Shown here: piece by piece, positions 11,804 through 21,255 of the stretch
Layout: the number at the start of each line of letters is the position of its first letter
Position numbering within the stretch: position 1 is the stretch's first letter
Origin: Thermoanaerobaculia bacterium
GTDB taxonomy: Bacteria > Acidobacteriota > Thermoanaerobaculia > Multivoradales > JAGPDF01
Reading direction: 5' to 3'
Assembly: GCA_963699245.1 (NCBI GenBank)
Contig: OY969426.1
Coordinates: 133,494-197,493 of the forward strand
Length of the DNA stretch: 64,000 nt
Program-made: the position numbers and the translations under genes
Notes under the pieces: generated by a model
Told to the model about the DNA's origin: nothing
Database searches by the model: none
Seen by the model: the letters and a program-made list of their open reading frames with translations, nothing else

Positions 11804-12950
11804 CGGCGGGCCCCGATTCCGGTCGCGCGAGCTTCGCGATAGAGCGCCAGGGTGCGTTGCGCCGTCGTTTCCCAGGAGTAGCCGCCGGCGCGGGCGCGGC
11901 CGCGCCTGGCGAGGCTCGGCGCGCAGATCGGCGCTCGTCATCAGTCGTTCGAAAGCGGCCACGAAGCCTTCGACGTCGTCGGGATCGACCAGCAGGCCGG
12001 CGTCGCCGATCACTTCGGGCAGAGCGCCGCGATCGGCGGCGACCACCGGGACCCCGGAGGCCATCGCCTCGAGCGCCGGCAGCCCGAACCCTTCCCAACG
12101 CGAGGGGACGGCGACCGCGAGAGCGCCTTGGTAGAGCGCCGGCAGCGCGTCGTCATCGACCCGGCCGAGGTAGCCGACTTTGCGCCGCGCCGGCAGCCGC
12201 GCCGTCGCCGCGACGGCGCCCAGGGCCCGCGCCTGCGCGTCGCCGTGCGGCCCGGGTCCACCGCCGACGACGACCAGGAACGGAGAGTCGTCGTGGCGGT
12301 CGACGAGCCGTGCGTGGGCTTCGAGAAGCAGCGCCAGGTTCTTGTGCGGCTTCGGGTTGCCGACGAAGAGGAGGTAGCCGGGGGCGAGCCCGAGCCGATC
12401 GAGCCGGCTCCGCAGCTCGTCCGGAGCGAGAGCGGCGCGGAAGCGCTCGTCGACGCCGTTCGGGATCGCCACGACGCGCGCCGCGCTGCGGCCGAAGGTC
12501 GCGCGCAACTCGCGCGCCGTCGCCTCGGAGACTGCGATCGTGAAGCGCGCCCGGCGCAGCGCCCGGCCGATCATCAGGCGGGCATAGAGGCGCTCGTGCA
12601 GGCGGAAGAGCTCGGGGAAGCGAAGATGGATCAGGTCGTGAACCGTGACGACGAGCGGACAGGGGAGGAAAGCCGGTGTCACGTAGTGCGGGGCATGGAA
12701 GAGGCCGGCGCCGGCGGCGCGCGCGGCCCGCGAGAGCCGCCAGAGCTCGCTCAGCGAATAGTGCGGCGCGCGCGCCTCCCGCCAGCTGAAGCTCGCCGGC
12801 AGCTCGGGCACGCCGCCCTGATCGCGGTCGCCGAGCAGCACGTAGCGGTTCTCGCGGTCGATCGAGCGCCAGGCCGGCCACCAGACCCCGGATGTAGGTG
12901 CCGATGCCGAAGTCGGCGATCTTGCGTGCGTCGAGCGCGATGGTGCTCAC
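11800..12950 (-). pseudogene. glycosyltransferase family 4, two frame switches (about 12870 and about 11912)
   Basis: GTG 12950 (VSTIALDARKIADFGIGTYIRGL..), HAPHYVTP..VTVHDLIHL, GNPKPHKNL, SRWEGFGLPALEAMASGVPVVA. The conserved tail ..LARRGRARAGGYSWETTAQRTLALYREAR..* is only reached in the +1 frame and ends at TGA 11800-11802. Confidence 0.75.
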
Positions 12951-14036
12951 CGCGCCTCCTCGGCGAGGACGTCGCGGAAGAGCGCGCTCAACCGGTCGGC
13001 GGCCTCGGGCCAACGGTAGAGCGCCGCGCGCGCGCGTGCCTTGCCGGCGAGGCTCCGCGACCAGCGCCGGCTCATGGACGAGACGCGCCATCGCAGCGGC
13101 GAGCGCGGCGGGGTCTTCCGGGTCGATCGCCAGGCCGGCGTCGCCGGCGACCTCTTCCGGGCTCGTCCCGGCGGCGACGACGACCGGCACGCCGCAGGCG
13201 AGCGACTCCGCCACCGGCAGGCCGAAGCCCTCGTAGATCGAGGGGTAGACGAGCGCGGCAGCTCCCTGGAAGAGGCGGACGAGCTCGGCCGCGTCGACCT
13301 TGCCGAGGCGCCGCACGCCGGCCGGGGCCAGCCGCTCGAGGCGGCGCTCGAGGGAGCGGCTCTTCCATCCGGTCGGGCCGACCACCAGCAGCGGCAGCGC
13401 CGCTTCGGGCTCCTCTCGGCGCAGCAGCTCCCAGGCGTCGAGCAGCAGATCGAGGTTCTTGCGCGGTTCGAGGGTGCCGGCAGCGAGGAAGTAGCCGCGC
13501 GGCGCATCGTGCCGCCGACGCTCGGCGTCGATCTCCTCGCGCGTCGCCGGCGTGAACTCCGGCGCGACGCCGTGCGGGATGACGCAGAGCTTGCCGCGCG
13601 CTGCCGGAAAGGCCTGTTCGATTTCGCCGGCCACCCGCCGGGTGCCGACCACGATCCGGCGCGCCCGTTCGACCGTCGGCTGCAGGAAGGGGAGGAGGCT
13701 CCAGCGCACCTTGGCCGGGAGGGTCTCGGGAACGTGCAGGGCCGCGAGGTCGTGCAGGGTGACGATTCCCGGCACCGGCAGCCGGCGGGGCAGGGTCAGG
13801 AGCGGCGACCAGAAGAGGTCGATGTCCCCCTGCGCCAGCCGGCCGGGGAGGACGAACTGCTGCCAGAGGACGCCGAGGGGCGCCGGCTGCCATTCGACCG
13901 CGACGCCCATCGCCCGCAGCTCGGGCGCAGCGGCGGGCTCGCGGTGGGCGACCGCGAGGAGGTCGAACTCGCCGCGGCGCGACAGCTCGCGCAGCAGCTC
14001 GATCGTGTAGACGCCGATGCCGGTCGTCGACCGCAC
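12947..14036 (-). pseudogene. glycosyltransferase family 4, frame switch about 13050; true start probably upstream of 14036
   Basis: ..TGIGVYTIELLREL.., VTLHDLAAL, GTLEPRKNL, SIYEGFGLPVAESLACGVPVV. The tail LAGKARARAALYRWPEAADRLSALFRDVLAEEAR* is in the +1 frame (ORF 12947-13507). The conserved N-terminal RLAVDLRAA lies upstream of the first canonical start codon. Confidence 0.75.
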
Positions 14037-14183
14037 GGCGGCGCGCAGGTCGACGGCGAGGCGCGGGCGTCGGCGGGAATCCGGAATCGGGGCCTCCTCA
14101 ACGGGGGAGCCACGCGGCTCTGCGCGCTCCGGGAAGCGCCAAGTCTAGAGCCGGAGAGCGCCGGCGGCGAACCGGCGCAGGTC

Positions 14184-15017
14184 TCAGACGCGATTGAGCC
14201 GGTGGGAGAGGTCGCGCAGGAAGCGCCGGCCGCGCTGCGCGCCGGCCAGCGAGGCGGGCTCCTCCCGGCCGGCGATCTCGAGAATGAAGGTGCCGTGGAA
14301 ACCGATGCGGTCGAGCTGGCGCAGCAGGGCTTCCCAGGGGAGGCGCCCGTCGCCGGGCGGCAGGTGGTCGTCGTAGGTGCCATGGGTATCGCTCGCGTGC
14401 ACCATCCAGAGGTGCCCGGAGAGCTTGTGCGCGACGTGCTGGATGTCGCCCGAGAGGTAGGCGTGCCCGGTGTCGAGGCAGATGCCGACGTCGGTCGTTT
14501 CGAGCGATCCCAGCAGCCAGAGCAGATCGCGAACGTGCCCGCAGAAGAGGTGGGGCAGCATGTTTTCGAGCACGAGAAGGGGGCCGAGCTCGCGACAGCG
14601 GCGGGCCAGGTCGTTGAGCGCCACCGCGGCGTTCGACATGCGATCCAGCCGCTCGGAGGCGGGCAGCCCGGAGTGCTCGGGCCCCGGGTGGATGACGAAG
14701 TGACGCGAACCGAGGATGGCCGCGGCTTCGGCGGCGAGGAGGATCTCGGCCACCGAGCGGCGGCGCGCCTCCGGATCGGGCGAAGTGATGTCGATCCAGT
14801 CCGCGAACGGCGCGTGGAACGAGTAGCACTCGAGGTCGAGCTCGCGAACCCGTTGCGCCGCCCGCTCGACCGCGCCGCGGTCGTGGTAGTCGAGATGCTC
14901 CGGCCACGAGCAGACTTCGATCAGGCCGAAGCCGGCATCACGCACCCGATCGAGGCACTGCAGGATGTTCGTCCGGTAGAAGCAACCCGTCGAGAGGCCG
15001 ACCGGCCAGTCGCCCAT
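14184..15017 (-). CDS. xylose-isomerase-like TIM-barrel protein (AP_endonuc_2 fold: sugar-phosphate isomerase/epimerase or Endo IV-like)
   Basis: 277-aa ORF. Metal-ligand pattern FHAPF.., VIHPG, LVLEN, ICLDTGHAYLSG, MVHASDTHG..DDHLPPGDGRLPW, FILEI. Confidence 0.8.
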   Translation of the reverse strand: MGDWPVGLSTGCFYRTNILQCLDRVRDAGFGLIEVCSWPEHLDYHDRGAVERAAQRVRELDLECYSFHAPFADWIDITSPDPEARRRSVAEILLAAEAAAILGSRHFVIHPGPEHSGLPASERLDRMSNAAVALNDLARRCRELGPLLVLENMLPHLFCGHVRDLLWLLGSLETTDVGICLDTGHAYLSGDIQHVAHKLSGHLWMVHASDTHGTYDDHLPPGDGRLPWEALLRQLDRIGFHGTFILEIAGREEPASLAGAQRGRRFLRDLSHRLNRV

Positions 15018-16458
15018 GGAGTCTCCTCGCCAGCAGCGAGTCCCGGAAGGGGGCCAGGGAGCAGGCTCCCCCGGGGCACTCGCGCTTCTCCTGCGTCGAA
15101 CGGCAGTTGTAGTCGATCAGGTCGTCGCGTCCGGCCGCAAAGAGGGAGGTGAAGATCCGGACGTAGAAGTCGGCGCGCGGTCCGGGATCGTGGAAGTGGA
15201 TGCCCGGCTTCCAGCCGAAGTCGGCCGCGTAGCGCGATCGGACGAGCTCGACGATCCGTCGCGGGTGCCATCCGAGCGCCAGCAGGCTGCGCGTCACCAT
15301 CTGCAGTTCCGCCGGCTGGAGCAGTCGATCGTTCGGCGCGTCGAGAGGCTGGCGAGCGCAGGGCGGAAGCTGAGCGAGCGCGGCGGTCTCGCGGCCCTTC
15401 GCGGAGGGCGCGGGAGAGTGCTCGGCGCCGTAGAACCATTCGTGCACCCGGGCCAGCGGAGAGGCGCAGTAGGCGTCGAGCAGGTTTGCCGAGGGCGCGG
15501 TCTGCTCGGGAATCCTCGTCGAGGACCGTTCGGCGAGAGCGCTCGCCGCGCCGAGGTCGGTCCGCGCGCGGAGGGCCTCTGCCTCGTCGCCGCCGACGAC
15601 GGGGATCACGAGAAGCGGGCGCGACTTCGCCGGTAACCACTTGCGGTAGGAGGAGAAGGGGAGACGGAGGCGCCGCGCGAGGAGCGGGTCGCCGTATTCC
15701 GAGAGATCGATCGAGACGATTTCGCGTCCCTGGCTGCCCGCGCCCACTTCGACCGCCGTGATCATCACCGGCGTCGGCGCGCGTCCTCCCATTCGCTCGA
15801 GCACCCGGTGCGCGAGGTACTCCAGCATCTGTCCGAGGCCGAGATGCGCGGCGGCGAGTCGGCGCCGGGTGTGGCCAGGCCTTGCGCGCTTCGCGCCCTG
15901 CTCGGTCGGCACCCGTGCCCCGAGCTCGGCGAGCGCTTCCACCACGTCGGAATCCGCGGCGATCCGCCAGAGGAAGTGGTGGCCGCGGCCGGTCAGCAGG
16001 TGGAGGGGCTCGATGCCCAGCGCCGTCAGCTCGCCGAGCAGGGCGTCGACGACCGGCCGTTGCATCGCGAAGCATCGCCGCGGGTCGAGGCAGCCGCGTC
16101 CCGGGGCGTCGAAGTCGAGGTACTCGAGATCGAGATCGACCAGCAGGGATTCCGCATCGGCGAGCGAACGGGAGACTTCCCTGCCGGAGCCGAGCGCCGA
16201 CCAGAGGTCGCCGGGCGGGATGCGGCGCCAGGTACTGTCAGGGAGCGGCTCGTCGAGGTAGAGGCAGCTCGGGCGAGATCCGCGTCCCCCGAGGAACTCG
16301 AGGATCCGCGCGCGGACGCTGGGCTTCGCGCAGAAGTCCTGCAGGTTCGCATTCGCCGGGCTCTCGGTCGCCGGGTCAGTCGTGGTCGCGCGCAGGAGCT
16401 GTGCTCCTCTGCGGAGAAGGGAATCGACACCTCCGCGGGCCGAGGCTAGGCCCGCCAT
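14938..16458 (-). CDS. hypothetical protein with PriS-like archaeo-eukaryotic primase (AEP) motifs
   Basis: ORF 14938-16539. Start is probably M28 (ATG 16458), because the longest start overlaps the divergent gene. Ordered motifs: LLVDLDLEYLDFDAPGRGC, LLTGRGHHFLWRI, VSIDLSEYGDPLLARRLRLPFSSYRKWLPAKSRPLLVIPV. The 3' end overlaps the next gene by 80 nt. That it is coding is fairly safe; the function is inferred. Confidence 0.55.
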   Translation of the reverse strand: MAGLASARGGVDSLLRRGAQLLRATTTDPATESPANANLQDFCAKPSVRARILEFLGGRGSRPSCLYLDEPLPDSTWRRIPPGDLWSALGSGREVSRSLADAESLLVDLDLEYLDFDAPGRGCLDPRRCFAMQRPVVDALLGELTALGIEPLHLLTGRGHHFLWRIAADSDVVEALAELGARVPTEQGAKRARPGHTRRRLAAAHLGLGQMLEYLAHRVLERMGGRAPTPVMITAVEVGAGSQGREIVSIDLSEYGDPLLARRLRLPFSSYRKWLPAKSRPLLVIPVVGGDEAEALRARTDLGAASALAERSSTRIPEQTAPSANLLDAYCASPLARVHEWFYGAEHSPAPSAKGRETAALAQLPPCARQPLDAPNDRLLQPAELQMVTRSLLALGWHPRRIVELVRSRYAADFGWKPGIHFHDPGPRADFYVRIFTSLFAAGRDDLIDYNCRSTQEKRECPGGACSLAPFRDSLLARRLHGRLAGRPLDGLLLPDEHPAVPRSGA

Positions 16459-16525
16459 TCGCGTCACGCACCGTCCCAAGGGGTAGCTCCCGGGGCGGCG
16501 TGCTCTTTCTGTAGGCTTGCCGACC

Positions 16526-16972
16526 ATGTCCGAGGCCAATTCGACCGGCGCCGACGCCGAGCGCGAGCGTGCCGCCGCCGCGCTCGCCGCGCTGCGCGCC
16601 GCGGTCCGTCAGCGCCAGGGGGAGGTGGCGACCGCCGGCGGGGGCACCGACGAGCTGTCGGGGCGCCTGGCCGATCTCCGCCAGCGCGAGTTCGTGCAGG
16701 AGCCCGTTCCGGTCTCGCCCCGGCCCGGCTTCGGACGGCTGATCGTGCTGGCCCGCAAGGCCTTCTACCACCTCTTCGTCAAGTGGCACGCGCGCGCCGT
16801 GCTGCAGCAGCAGAACGAGTTCAACCAGACCGCCTCGGCGCTGCTCGCGACTCTCGCCGAGCGCGAGCACGAGACGCGGCGCGAGCTCGACCGCCTGCGC
16901 ACCCGGCTCGACGCGATCGAGAGCGCGGCCGGGAGCTCCGCCCGCCCCTCGACGCCGGGAACGGCGCCTTGA
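16526..16972 (+). CDS. hypothetical coiled-coil protein
   Basis: ORF 16517-16972 (ATG 16526). ..FYHLFVKWHARAVLQQQNEFNQTASALLATLAEREHETRRELDRLRTRLDAIE. Its stop overlaps the next start (TTGA). Confidence 0.6.
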   Translation: MSEANSTGADAERERAAAALAALRAAVRQRQGEVATAGGGTDELSGRLADLRQREFVQEPVPVSPRPGFGRLIVLARKAFYHLFVKWHARAVLQQQNEFNQTASALLATLAEREHETRRELDRLRTRLDAIESAAGSSARPSTPGTAP

Positions 16973-18016
16973 GCCTCCGCATCGCGATCTGCGCCGCCCA
17001 GGTTCCCTTCACCCGCGGCGGCGCGGAAGTGCTCTACGAATCTCTGCGCGACGAGCTCCTCCGTCGCGGCCACCAGGCGGAGATCGTGGCCCTGCCGTTC
17101 AACTGGTCGAGCCGCCTGAACATCCTGCGCAGCGCGCTCGCCTGGCGGCTGCTCGATCTCGAGGCGGCGGCGGGGGAGCGCATCGACCTGGTGATCGCCA
17201 CGCGCTTCCCCTCCTACGCGGTGCGTCATCCGCGCAAGGTGGTCTGGCTGATCCACCAGTTCCGCCAGATCTACGATCTCGCCGGGACGCGCTTCAGCGA
17301 CTTCGGCGCCCGGCCGGGCGACGGCGAGGTCGAGGCGATGATCCGCTCGCTCGACGCCCGGGCGCTCGGCGAAGCGCGGGCCCGGTACTCGATCTCGCAG
17401 AACACCGCCGATCGCCTCAAGGCGCACAACGGCCTCGACGCCGAGGCGCTCTATCCGCCGCCGAAGCTCGATTTCGCTTATCGCGACGGCGCCGCACGGC
17501 GACACCCTCTTCACCGTCGGCCGGCTCGACCCGATGAAACGTTTCGACCTGCTGCTGCGCGCTCTCGCGCACACCCGGCGGCCACTGCGCGCGGTGATCG
17601 CCGGCGAGGGGCCGGACGGCGAGCGCTTGCGCGCCCTCGCCGCGGAGCTCGGTGTCGGCGAACGCGTCGAGTTCCCGGGGCGCATCGGCGACGAGCGGTT
17701 GATCGAGCTCTACAGCGAAGCGCTCGCCGTCTTCTATGCCCCTTTCGACGAGGACTACGGCTACGTGACGGTCGAGGCCTTCCGTTCCGCCCGGCCGGTG
17801 CTCACCACCGCCGACGCGGGCGGCGTTCTCGAGTTCGTGCGCGACGGCGTCAACGGCTTCGTCGCCCCGGCCGGCGGAGTGCGGGAGATCGCGGCGCGAG
17901 CCGACGCGCTCTACGACGACCGCGAGCTGGCGCGGCGGCTCGGCGACGCGGGCGCCCGCGCCGTCGCCGGCATCGGCTGGGATGCCGTCGTCGAGCGCCT
18001 GCTCGGCGCGCTCTGA
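16969..18016 (+). pseudogene. glycosyltransferase family 4, one frame switch about 17490
   Basis: TTG 16969. LSLRIAICAAQVPFTRGGAEVLYESL.. (frame of ORF 16783-), then HGDTLFTVGRLDPMKRFDLLLRAL..FYAPFDEDYGYVTVEAFRSARPVLT (ORF 17534-18016). Confidence 0.75.
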
Positions 18017-18023
18017 GGCGACC

Positions 18024-19413
18024 ATGCGCCTCGCCTTCGCTTCGCCGCTGCCGCCGCTGACTTCCGGCATCGCCGACTATGCGGCCGAGCTGGTGCCGGC
18101 GCTCGCCGCGGCGGGCGTCGAGATCACCCTCTTCCACGAAGGCAAGGAGCCGCCGCGCTCGGCCGCGCTGGCCGGATACCCGGCGCGGCCGATGGGCGAG
18201 CTCGCCGCGGCGAACGGCAGCTTCGACGCGGTCCTCTACCAGATGGGCAACAGCGGCCCGCATCACGCGGCGATCTACGCCACGCTGCTCGAGTCCCCCG
18301 GCTTCGTGCTGCTGCACGAGTTCATGCTCCACCATCTCGTGCGCGAGCTGACTCTGGCGCGCGGCGACGGCGCCGCCTACGTCGAGGAGATGCGCTACGC
18401 GGCGGGGGAGACCGGTCGCCGGGTCGCCCAGCGGCTGCTCGACACCCATCGCCCGGTCGATCCCTGGAGCTTCCCGCTCTTCGAGCGCGTCGTCGATCGC
18501 AGCCTCGGCGTCCTCGTGCACTCCGAGTTCGCGCGACGGCGAATCCTCGCCAGCCGTCCGCAGGCGGCGGTCGAAGTGGTCCCCTTTCCGGCCGATCTCG
18601 CCGCGCTGCCCGCCGGTGGACGAGGACCGGCGCGCCGGGGCGCGACGCGACCTCGGGCTGCCGGCGGATGCCTTCGTCTTCGCCTCGTTCGGTTTCGTGA
18701 CGCCGCACAAGCGTCTCGATGCGGCGCTGGCGGCCTTCGCCCGGCTGCGCGCGGCCCGGCCCGCGGCCCGCTTCCTGATCTGCGGCGAGGTCGCGGCGCA
18801 GTACGACCTCGGGGCGATTCTCGATGTTGCCGGCGGCGACGGCGTGACCGTGACCGGCCGCGTGCCGCTCGAGAAATTCCATCGCGCCATGCAGGCCTGC
18901 GACGTCGCGGTGAATCTCCGTCATCCGACCGGTGGCGAGACTTCGGCGTCGCTGCTGCGCCTGCTGGCGTCCGGCATTCCGACCATCGTCACCGACGTCG
19001 GCTCTTTCGCCGAGCTGCCCGACGGTGTCGTCGCCAAAGTGGCGATGGACGAACGCGAGGTCGACCATCTGGCCGCTCTCTTTTCGGCCCTCGCCGGCGA
19101 CTCCGGACTGCGGCGCGCGATGAGCGTCGCCGCCCGCCGCCACGTCGAGACCCACCACGAGCTCGGGCACGCGGCGAGCGCGCTGCTCGCGGCGCTCGAG
19201 CGGCTCCGCGCCCATCCGGCGCGGATCGACCCGGCCGTGCCGCCGCTCGCCCCCTGGTCGGCGGACGACCCTCGAATCGCGCTCGCGGCCTCGATCGGCG
19301 CCGACGTCGCCGACCTCGGGCTGGCCGGCGTGGCGGGTGAGGAGCTCCTCGCGGCGGTGGCCGGCACGCTGGCGGAGCTCGACTGGGCCCCGCGACCGGA
19401 TCGCCGCCGGTGA
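18024..19413 (+). pseudogene. glycosyltransferase family 4, one frame switch about 18610
   Basis: ATG 18024. MRLAFASPLPPLTSGIADYAAEL..VLVHSEFARR.. (ORF 17982-), then VDEDRRAGARRDLGLPADAFVFASFGFVTPHKRLD..NLRHPTGGETSASLLRLLASGIPTIV (ORF 18616-19413). Confidence 0.75.
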
Positions 19414-20627
19414 AGAAGCGGGTCGGCGCGCGCTGGGGGGTGGCGGCGGGCCTCGCGCTGGCGACGGTCGCTCACCTGCTTTACTGGTACTGGCCGCGCG
19501 AGCACGCCGGCCTGCCCGGCCCGCACGCGGCAGAGGAGCTCGATGAGCGAGGCTGGGACGCGGTGCTCTGGGTCCCCTTTCCGCACCAGAACCTGGGAGT
19601 GCTCGAGCGGCGGGTCGGGGACGTGCGCGCCTGGTTCGCCCTGCTGGCGGGGGACGACCGCGGCGCCGGGGACAGGGTGCCCGGCTTCGGCCCCTTCGTG
19701 GTTCCACCGGCGCGCGAGCTGGTGGTCGCGACGGCCGAGCAGGGCACGCGGATCCGCATCGAGCTCGCGGTCTATCCCGGCATTCGCTGGCTCGCCCGCG
19801 CCGCCGGAGCGGTCGCCCGCAACCCCTGGCTGGCCGGGGGGACGGTGCGCTGGCGGGGCGGCGCCGAAGCCCGGGTCGACTGGCAGGGGGGGCGCTGGCG
19901 GCTGAGCGCCGGAGAGCCGCCGGCAGGCGCCCGCGAGGCCGAGGCCGTTCCTGTCGGCCGGTCACTCGGCCAGCTCCGGCTGGGGCACGCACTGCGACAG
20001 TTGCCGGAAGGGCGCTATCGCCTGGAGCGCGGCTCGGTGGGGCTCGAGCTGCTGCTCGGCGATCCGCCGTCCGCGGTGACCGCCGCGATCGACGCGCCGC
20101 CGGACGAGCCCGCCGGCTGGATGCTGGAGACCGAAGGGAAGCGGGGCGTTCTCGCGCGCGCAGCCTGGACCGAAGAGGGCGCGCTCGACGACTTCCCGAC
20201 ACTGGTCGTCCTCGGCCGCGGAGCCGGCGCCCGCCGCCTGCGGGTGCCCGGCGAGGAGCTCCTTCGGCTGGCTGGCCGTTCGCCAGAGTCCCGGCGCGAA
20301 GGGGGCTTCGAGATCCGCGGTCTGTCGCGCGCCGAGGTCGAGCGCGGCGTCCCGATCGCCCGTCGACTCGATGACTTGCTGACGCGCGAGCCCGACCTGC
20401 GGGCCGCGATGGCGATCGACCCGCGCGCCATGGCGGACATCTCCCGGCGGCTCGGCGCGCGGCTGGGCGGGCTCCCTCTGCTCGCCCTCGCCGGAATCGA
20501 TCCGGCCCGAATGAACGATCTGCTCGCCCCCTGGGAAGGGTGCGGCACCTCGCGGCTCGAGGTCTGGCGCCGGCCCGTGCGGGTGCGGTGGGAGCTCTGC
20601 CCCGAAGCGGCCCCGGCGCCGAATTGA
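19410..20627 (+). CDS. hypothetical protein, N-terminal membrane anchor
   Basis: 405-aa ORF whose start overlaps the upstream stop. MKKRVGARWGVAAGLALATVAHLLYWYW.. I recognise no family. Confidence 0.6.
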   Translation: MKKRVGARWGVAAGLALATVAHLLYWYWPREHAGLPGPHAAEELDERGWDAVLWVPFPHQNLGVLERRVGDVRAWFALLAGDDRGAGDRVPGFGPFVVPPARELVVATAEQGTRIRIELAVYPGIRWLARAAGAVARNPWLAGGTVRWRGGAEARVDWQGGRWRLSAGEPPAGAREAEAVPVGRSLGQLRLGHALRQLPEGRYRLERGSVGLELLLGDPPSAVTAAIDAPPDEPAGWMLETEGKRGVLARAAWTEEGALDDFPTLVVLGRGAGARRLRVPGEELLRLAGRSPESRREGGFEIRGLSRAEVERGVPIARRLDDLLTREPDLRAAMAIDPRAMADISRRLGARLGGLPLLALAGIDPARMNDLLAPWEGCGTSRLEVWRRPVRVRWELCPEAAPAPN

Positions 20628-20682
20628 CGGGGCGGGCCCCGATCCGATACCCTTCGCCGGCTCTCCGAGGAGGGCCAGATCC

Positions 20683-21222
20683 TTGAAAATCCGGCTGGAA
20701 ACCGCTCGACACGAGCCCTTGACATGGCAGGAGTCGCTGAACCTTACCCCCGAGGACCTGGGGCTGGGCGACGACGTCGAGGTGACGCCGGTGGACGTCC
20801 GGGGATCGCTCTCGTTCGACGCGCCGAACTTCCTTCTCGACGCGAGGCTGACTTTCTTGCTCCAGGTGCCCTGCGACCGTTGCACGGCGCCGGTTCGCCA
20901 GGAAGTCGACTGCCGGCTGACGGCGCTCGTCGCGCAGGCCTCGGGCCGGCGCGAGCCGGGTGGCGGTGAGCGGGAACTGAAGGAAGACGAGCTGGGGGTG
21001 CTGGAGGTCGCGGGGGACGTGCTCGACACCCGCCCTCTGGTTGCCGAGCAGGTGTTGCTCGAGCTGCCGACGCACCCGCTCTGCCGGGAGGATTGTGCCG
21101 GGCTCTGTCCGACTTGCGGCGCCGACCGCAATCTCGGACCCTGCGGTTGCCGGGTCGAGCCGGTGGATCCGAGATGGGCCGGGCTCGCGGCGCTCCGCGA
21201 CCGGCAAGACGACCGCGCCTGA
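20683..21222 (+). CDS. yceD: YceD/DUF177 family protein (large-subunit rRNA accumulation protein)
   Basis: TTG 20683 follows GAGGAGGG. Cys motifs VPCDRCTAPV and HPLCREDCAGLCPTCGADRNLGPCGC. Canonical position upstream of rpmF. Confidence 0.85.
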   Translation: MKIRLETARHEPLTWQESLNLTPEDLGLGDDVEVTPVDVRGSLSFDAPNFLLDARLTFLLQVPCDRCTAPVRQEVDCRLTALVAQASGRREPGGGERELKEDELGVLEVAGDVLDTRPLVAEQVLLELPTHPLCREDCAGLCPTCGADRNLGPCGCRVEPVDPRWAGLAALRDRQDDRA

Positions 21223-21255
21223 GCGCGGCGGGAAGAAGGAACCGAGGAAGCGACG

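Noticed and set aside
10667-12841. A single 724-aa fused double glycosyltransferase.
   Set aside because: The second half starts with its own ATG (11803) in an ATGA overlap with the stop reached by the first gene's conserved +1-frame tail. The apparent fusion is a consequence of the frame switch near 11912.
14938-15017. The 80-nt overlap between the AEP-like ORF and the TIM-barrel gene, read as a programmed frameshift or fusion.
   Set aside because: I found no slippery sequence, and the TIM-barrel gene has its own plausible ATG. The overlap may equally reflect an indel near the 3' end of the upstream gene. It is noted under the AEP finding instead.
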